Made by a program: the position numbers and the translations under genes. Source: a virus. Taken from it: 64,000 bases of DNA. Shown in pieces: positions 58,838 to 64,000 of the stretch. The notes beneath the pieces were generated by a model. That model searched no databases. It was not told the origin of the DNA and worked only from the letters and a program-made list of their open reading frames with translations. How positions within the stretch are numbered: the first letter of the stretch is position 1; each line of letters begins with the position of its first letter. The stretch lies in the IMG/VR virus record IMGVR_UViG_3300008117_000001; one strand, written 5' to 3'.

Positions 58838-59034
58838 CTGGTTCATGTGTTTATATGAACCAGGGCTGTCGGTCAGTCCCCGCTTGCTAAAAGCAAAATG
58901 GTCTTCGTAAAAGGAGGCTAAACTCCGACCATGATCATTCTCACTGGGGGCAATGGAGAACGCTCACGGAGACCAACCGACATCTGTTATGTCAGAAGCT
59001 AGTCTCTGCTAGAATGCTGGGAGCATTCAAGCGG
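58838..59034. ncRNA. Putative structured ncRNA or leader, family unknown
   Basis: ORF-free ~200 nt with many stems (see findings). Confidence 0.45.
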
Positions 59035-59174
59035 ATCGTAGTGTTGACATTGACCTTAAATGTTGCTAGAAATTTTGACATGCAAATCTCCTGGTTATAG
59101 TAGTTAATATAATGTTATAGAATTATGAATTGGCGTGTAGTACACCTTATTTTTATTTGTACATTGTGGTATAG

Positions 59175-59248
<74 letters not shown>

Positions 59249-59257
59249 ATCCGGTAT

Positions 59258-59266
59258 ATTATACCA
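59258..59266 (-). promoter_or_regulatory. Extended -10 promoter (TGGTATAAT) of tRNA-Arg
   Basis: Ends 9 nt upstream of the tRNA 5' end. Confidence 0.65.
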
Positions 59267-59280
59267 GATTTAGAAGAATT

Positions 59281-59544
59281 TCAGAAGGGAGATTCTTCAA
59301 TTTTCGGCAGAGATTCACCGTTTATCAGGCAATCACCGATATGGTAAGTTGCCTGATTGATGACGGGAATAAGGGAATTAATGAACTCTGCGAGTTGCTC
59401 AGTGTCAGTGAAGAAATACGTGGTATTGCTATCTGACACATTGATGGTAATTGTAGAGAACTTTACGGGTTCATCATAGGTGGTGAATGATGAACGAATG
59501 TTGGAAGAGTTATGTGAGGGATGTACGTTAATTGTGGTGCTCAT
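59281..59544 (-). CDS. Hypothetical protein
   Basis: 87 aa, AAAGGA RBS. Confidence 0.65.
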   Translation of the reverse strand: MSTTINVHPSHNSSNIRSSFTTYDEPVKFSTITINVSDSNTTYFFTDTEQLAEFINSLIPVINQATYHIGDCLINGESLPKIEESPF

Positions 59545-59691
59545 CGTGGGATTCCTTTAGGTAAGTAGGGGGGAGTGTGTTGGTGGAAGAACATTTGGAT
59601 TTATCTCTGGCAGGATGCCAAGAAATATCGCAGGCTATGCAGCGACGTTTGTCATCGAAGTTAGCCCAAATGTGTGATGTTTGTTTGGGGT

Positions 59692-60027
59692 TCATGATGT
59701 GGGATTTTGTTTAAGATTTAGTAGGTCTAAACTTTTGATCATACCGGGAGTAAGATCCCGATATCCGACGATCATTAGTCCAGCGTAGCTTTCTTGAAGT
59801 ACTGTTTCACATTGCTCAAGAGTGCCACGGTAAAGGACAAAATCGTCTGCGTGATCAATGACAAAGTATTGTCGCATGCTATGCTCCTTAATGATGGTGC
59901 GTGTACGATCATATGTCAGACCATATTTCCGAGAAATCTTGATGATAGATCTCCCAGAAATATAGTCTTGGAATATGGCGTGGTTACGATGGACTTTTTG
60001 ATTGAGTGTCATTGAATATTTAGGCAT
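59692..60027 (-). CDS. Hypothetical protein with an N-terminal HTH-like segment
   Basis: RNHAIFQDYISGRSIIKISRKYGLTYDRTRTII. Confidence 0.55.
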   Translation of the reverse strand: MPKYSMTLNQKVHRNHAIFQDYISGRSIIKISRKYGLTYDRTRTIIKEHSMRQYFVIDHADDFVLYRGTLEQCETVLQESYAGLMIVGYRDLTPGMIKSLDLLNLKQNPTS

Positions 60028-60342
60028 TTAGCACCAGGAGTAATGGCAGCCATCAGGATGGGTGTCAGATTGTGCTCTGCAGGTTTCGACTGGATGTCCG
60101 CCGGCAAAGAAATTGTCTTTGAATTCCTGCGGAAACATATCGATAACCTTAATAGAGCAATCATGACATAGACAGATGGATGTTAAAGCTTGAAAAGAAG
60201 CTTCGTCCATTGGATCTGTCATCATGCCATAGCCTGTATGAATAGCTAAATGGAGTCCGCCTGAAGGCTGAATATTTGCATTGTGTTCTTGAAACTCGTT
60301 ATGAACTGGGTTTTCGCACATAGTGCAAATTAAAGTAGTCAT
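60028..60342 (-). CDS. Small Cys-rich protein
   Basis: CTMC...CLCHDC. Confidence 0.65.
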   Translation of the reverse strand: MTTLICTMCENPVHNEFQEHNANIQPSGGLHLAIHTGYGMMTDPMDEASFQALTSICLCHDCSIKVIDMFPQEFKDNFFAGGHPVETCRAQSDTHPDGCHYSWC

Positions 60343-60421
60343 GTTTTAACCTTTGAATGAAATGCGGAGAATAAGATATACCATCAGAATGAATGATAAG
60401 GTATTGAATAACTCTAGCAAG

Positions 60422-60643
60422 TCAGTCCCCTACGTAATCCCAAAGATTAGCGTAACGGGTACGAGCATAGTCGTACATGTCGTTATCGATGATTCCAGCT
60501 CTGAGAGCTGATCCCCAATAAGTTGCACGACTATTGTAGGCGTATTGGTCAGGAACATTGTTTTTGGCCCACTCGTCAACTGTGTTGCGTGTGTGGTCCC
60601 AATGTTCTTGTTCTGCCAAAGTGAGTTGTTTCTTAGAAATCAA
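60422..60643 (-). CDS. Hypothetical protein
   Basis: TTG start after AAGGAG. Confidence 0.65.
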   Translation of the reverse strand: MISKKQLTLAEQEHWDHTRNTVDEWAKNNVPDQYAYNSRATYWGSALRAGIIDNDMYDYARTRYANLWDYVGD

Positions 60644-60654
60644 GGGATGTCTCC

Positions 60655-60957
60655 TTATTCTTGTTCTTCGTCTTCGAGCTTTTCAAGCTCTTCGAACATG
60701 TTGATAGTGTTATTCATGAGGGATTTCATGAGATTCTTGATACCATCCATCTGAAGCTGGGCAATCTGCTCTGGAGTTTCCAAAGCAAAGATGTGATGAT
60801 TGGTGCTAAGGATAACCTTAGTGAAGGGCATTTCAACGCCTTCTTCAGGTTCGTATGTGTCTCGCTTCATGAAAGCGATGAAAGCGGGATTGAGTTCGAT
60901 CTTGTCTGCGTCAAGATCTGTAAGGGTGATGAAGTTTACCATGTTGTTTTGGGACAT
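60655..60957 (-). CDS. Acidic hypothetical protein
   Basis: 100 aa, AAGGA RBS. Confidence 0.7.
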   Translation of the reverse strand: MSQNNMVNFITLTDLDADKIELNPAFIAFMKRDTYEPEEGVEMPFTKVILSTNHHIFALETPEQIAQLQMDGIKNLMKSLMNNTINMFEELEKLEDEEQE

Positions 60958-61301
60958 GTTTTTATCCTTTAGTTTAGGGTTGGTAGATAGTGTATAGGTG
61001 TAGGGTTAGGGGTTGTAAGAGAGGGCAAAAACAAAATGATATATATTGTATAGAGATAATATATATAGACAGAATAAACAAGACATCCCCCTAACGGGGG
61101 ATGATGAGTCTACTGTTTTGTATGTACAATACTTCGATAATTATAATATGATTATTTTACAGATAATACAGATAATACAGATAATATATGGGTTCCCCCA
61201 TGAGAGGTCTGATTTTTTTCTGTTGTGAAACAAAAATGCTAGAGGCCACGGTAGGGACACCACCTGAACCCTACCGTGACTCTCCAGTTGGTAGGAGAAT
61301 C

Positions 61302-61517
61302 CTACACGGTCAACTCGACATTATAGAGTCTCTTGAAGTCTCTTCTCATGGGGTGGATTGCGGATTCCGTTCCATGAGTTGTGTACATAGGTCCTTGTAT
61401 CGTGGAGGGAGGGTAGATACTGTAGGATCCGGACTTCTTATGTATTACATTGAATCCTAGTCTTTCAAGTTCTTTGAAGACTTGTTTCATTGTTTTTGAT
61501 TGATGCTGTCTAGGCAT
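61302..61517 (-). CDS. HicA-like small protein
   Basis: KELERLGFNVIHKKSGSYSIYPP...YTTHG; AAGGAG RBS before MPRQ. Confidence 0.5.
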   Translation of the reverse strand: MPRQHQSKTMKQVFKELERLGFNVIHKKSGSYSIYPPSTIQGPMYTTHGTESAIHPMRRDFKRLYNVELTV

Positions 61518-61970
61518 CTTGTTTGTACTCCTTCGAGATGTGTATTGGATTTTCCTTCCGGGCATCCAGTATATCATCTCTCTATAGAAATGCAACCTAT
61601 CTTCGTAGGTTTTTTTCTGGGATAAGGTATTGGATTTTATAGTTGGGCGCCGGCGAAAAAGACTCAAGTTTAGTCTTATATACAGATGCTCCATACTGAG
61701 AGTAGAATGGACCATGTACGACTACACTTTCCTTATCTTTTTCTACGATTACCCAAATCATAAAAATCCCGCTTGCAGCTATAGGTCTATTTGTTATTTT
61801 TTTTTACACAAATAGCCATTGCTACTGCGCTTATAATATCTTATCATATGGGTCCCCCCCGGCTTCGCCGGGTCCCCCCCAAAAGTCTATTAAGATATTT
61901 TTTATTATACACATACAGAGGAGTATACAGATACCATAAGGTACCCATATACTCCTCTGATAGATATTTG

Positions 61971-62186
61971 TCATGCGAACATCTTCTTCCAGCATTCGGG
62001 ATGAATGCCTGTGAGAAGTTGCTCGCGTTGGTCACTGCTGAGAGTTGGGAAGGCGTCTTGAATAAGGGCACCTTCTTGACTCTTTTTGATGCCGGCGAAC
62101 CAGATTTCTGTGGGGATCTCCAGTTCACCTTCTTTGCCACACTGGAAACACCTGGGTGTGGGGATTTTGCTGAGCTTAGTTGTCAC
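61971..62186 (-). CDS. Small CxxC phage protein
   Basis: PRCFQCGKEG...LIQDAFPTLSSDQREQLLTGIHPECW. Confidence 0.65.
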   Translation of the reverse strand: MTTKLSKIPTPRCFQCGKEGELEIPTEIWFAGIKKSQEGALIQDAFPTLSSDQREQLLTGIHPECWKKMFA

Positions 62187-62353
62187 TTCCAGCCTCCTGT
62201 ACGGGAATCGTAGTTACGGAACGATGAGCCTTCATCTGGCGAGTGCGTGAAGCAATACGGTTCGTCATGATACAGGATCATGTTATCGCAGCCTTCTTGT
62301 TCACATTTGTGCCGACAGGGCTCTGTTTCGCAGAGATGCATTTCGTATGTCAT
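62183..62353 (-). CDS. Small Cys/His-rich protein (56 aa)
   Basis: Manual translation MTYEMHLCETEPCRHKCEQEGC...CFTH; AGGAG RBS. Confidence 0.55.
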   Translation of the reverse strand: MTYEMHLCETEPCRHKCEQEGCDNMILYHDEPYCFTHSPDEGSSFRNYDSRTGGWK

Positions 62354-62361
62354 GTTTACTC

Positions 62362-62580
62362 CTATGCGTAGACAAACTTGATGTTGGTGATGCCCTTATC
62401 AGCAAAGTGCTGACGGGCGCTGTCTTCAGTGAAGGGATTCAGTACAATGTCTTTGTCTGAATCTTTGTTGTCGGAGTCAACGAAATCGTATATTTCGATG
62501 GTTCCATCGGGATGAGTGAGATCGCCGTCCATGAAGCCGGACCACGTCTCAAAGTAGCAGAGATACTTGTATTCGGGCAT
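62362..62580 (-). CDS. Hypothetical protein
   Basis: 72 aa, AAGGA RBS. Confidence 0.65.
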   Translation of the reverse strand: MPEYKYLCYFETWSGFMDGDLTHPDGTIEIYDFVDSDNKDSDKDIVLNPFTEDSARQHFADKGITNIKFVYA

Positions 62581-62630
62581 GATGATTCCTTTTCTCTTTT
62601 GTATGAACTATTAAGAAATATTTTTTTTAG

Positions 62631-62760
62631 TGGAGCCAGAGGAATCGAACCTCTCTGAAATGGTTTTGCACGGAGACACGGTGTCCATAATATACAATGT
62701 AATCTAAAGATTAGACCATTGCATTATGCTTTAAACCAGATACTTGTAACCATTAGCCCC
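62631..62760 (-). ncRNA. tRNA-Ala/tmRNA-like element of 130 nt
   Basis: 5' GGGGCT pairs with 3' GGCTCC-A giving G3.U70; canonical T-arm AGAGG-TTCGATT-CCTCT; no D-arm. Confidence 0.6.
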
Positions 62761-62809
62761 AAGGGGTGTCCGTTTTTGGCGAGAACGGACAAACTCGTCT
62801 AACTGGGGG

Positions 62810-63829
62810 TCAGAAGGGGTCGGGATCCGAACCGTTGTCGCTAGAGCCAACCGTCGTATTCGACGTATTGGCACGAGCGGAGTTCGTCCACAGGTCGACT
62901 TCAACAGGATTGTTGTCGACGAGCATAGTAAAACGCCCACACGGAGCGTTTACGGGATCCCAAACATTCTGAGTTTCCTGCTTGCCATTAGACTGGACAA
63001 CGATACGCTGCTGCGCACCAGACCAGTTCGACACCCACTGACGGCTCATTGCCGAAAGAAGATCAGCATGCTCACGAGCCTTCTGAGTCTTCTCCTGCGA
63101 CCAACCAGTAGCAGTGTCCACCTTCACGCGGAGAAGCTTGCTCTCCTTACGAAGCTGAACAACACGCTCAAAGTTGGCGACAGTTGCGTCAATGAGGTTC
63201 AAGAAGCCCTGCTTGGTACGTGACTTCTCACGATCCACAGTGCCAACTTCGAAAGCAGTGACGGGAACACCATCGTTGTGCTGATACGCAGCTTCGATGC
63301 GACCAGGATTATTCATCGAACCGATGACATCCTTGGCGCCAGCAGCTACGAAAGCCTCACGAGCCTTCGTCCAACCGTCGATGCTAGCACCGAACTGCTG
63401 GAAGAAGTACGGCATACCATCCGTGAGGTTCAGACCAATCTTGCGAGCGGTTTCCAAGAACTGCTCACGAGTGATCTTGTTCATGGACTTCTCGTTGATT
63501 GCAGCAGTGAGAACATCGATGATATTCATCTTCTCACCGTCCAACGTCACAAACAAGTCCATACGCACAGGACGCATGATGCCGGTAACCAGGAAGTATT
63601 CCTTGCCAGTGTTCGGGCTGATCTGCTTGAGAAGGGTCAGGCGAGTCAGCTTGGCATCGTGAAGAACAGCCGAAGCCGGCACTTCAATGCCATTGATGCT
63701 GCCCTTGAAGGAAATCTCGCGTCCAACACGAAGCGTGTTTGTCTTGCCAGTTGACTCGAACATTTCCGGGGTGTCGGCCACGGCAGAGAACAAGTCAAAA
63801 TCAATATTGAAATCAGTAAAGATACTCAT
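62810..63829 (-). CDS. Hypothetical protein (339 aa)
   Basis: Long clean ORF, AAGGA RBS, C-ending codon bias like the RNAP-like gene. Confidence 0.85.
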   Translation of the reverse strand: MSIFTDFNIDFDLFSAVADTPEMFESTGKTNTLRVGREISFKGSINGIEVPASAVLHDAKLTRLTLLKQISPNTGKEYFLVTGIMRPVRMDLFVTLDGEKMNIIDVLTAAINEKSMNKITREQFLETARKIGLNLTDGMPYFFQQFGASIDGWTKAREAFVAAGAKDVIGSMNNPGRIEAAYQHNDGVPVTAFEVGTVDREKSRTKQGFLNLIDATVANFERVVQLRKESKLLRVKVDTATGWSQEKTQKAREHADLLSAMSRQWVSNWSGAQQRIVVQSNGKQETQNVWDPVNAPCGRFTMLVDNNPVEVDLWTNSARANTSNTTVGSSDNGSDPDPF

Positions 63830-64000
63830 AGTGTGTTTGTTTCCTTTTGCTAAGTTTACTTACAGTGTTTTTCTAAAGGGACTATTTGATTTTATTTATT
63901 TGTTGAAACCTGGAGAAGGGCCTGTGATAGACCCAACTCCAGGTTTCTGTATGTTCAGCTGTCCGACGAGACGCCGGCGTTGAACCCATTCTTGAACTGG

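Noticed and set aside
62631-62760. Full tmRNA (ssrA) or a standard tRNA
   Set aside because: At 130 nt there is no room for a tag ORF and pseudoknots, and there is no canonical D-arm or anticodon arm. Kept only as a tRNA-like element.

Overview
This 64-kb window looks like part of a large, AT-rich tailed phage genome. The host is probably an actinobacterium (WhiB, three DUF732 proteins, a short-variable-arm tRNA-Leu(TAA)). Bases 1.2-15.5 kb (+ strand) carry a virion-fibre module: a collagen-like fibre, Gly-rich and His-rich proteins, and a tailoring cassette of 2OG-Fe(II) oxygenases, a flavin halogenase-like protein and a GT2. Bases 15.5-64 kb (- strand) carry early/middle genes and seven tRNAs. 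Main findings: (1) a 19-unit, 37-nt-period array with two alternating repeats and two short spacers per unit, next to a nuclease-less Nop/IS110-like protein, matching a TIGR-TasA RNA-guided system; (2) a phage-encoded ubiquitin-like conjugation locus (Ubl, E1, JAB, three E2-like proteins, AAA+ ATPase); (3) a single-subunit two-barrel RNA polymerase-like protein whose catalytic-barrel motifs appear permuted; (4) two unexplained structured RNAs, one a ~130-nt tRNA-Ala/tmRNA-like element; (5) a tRNA-Ile with the rare UAU anticodon. All calls come from reading motifs by eye; no database searches were run.
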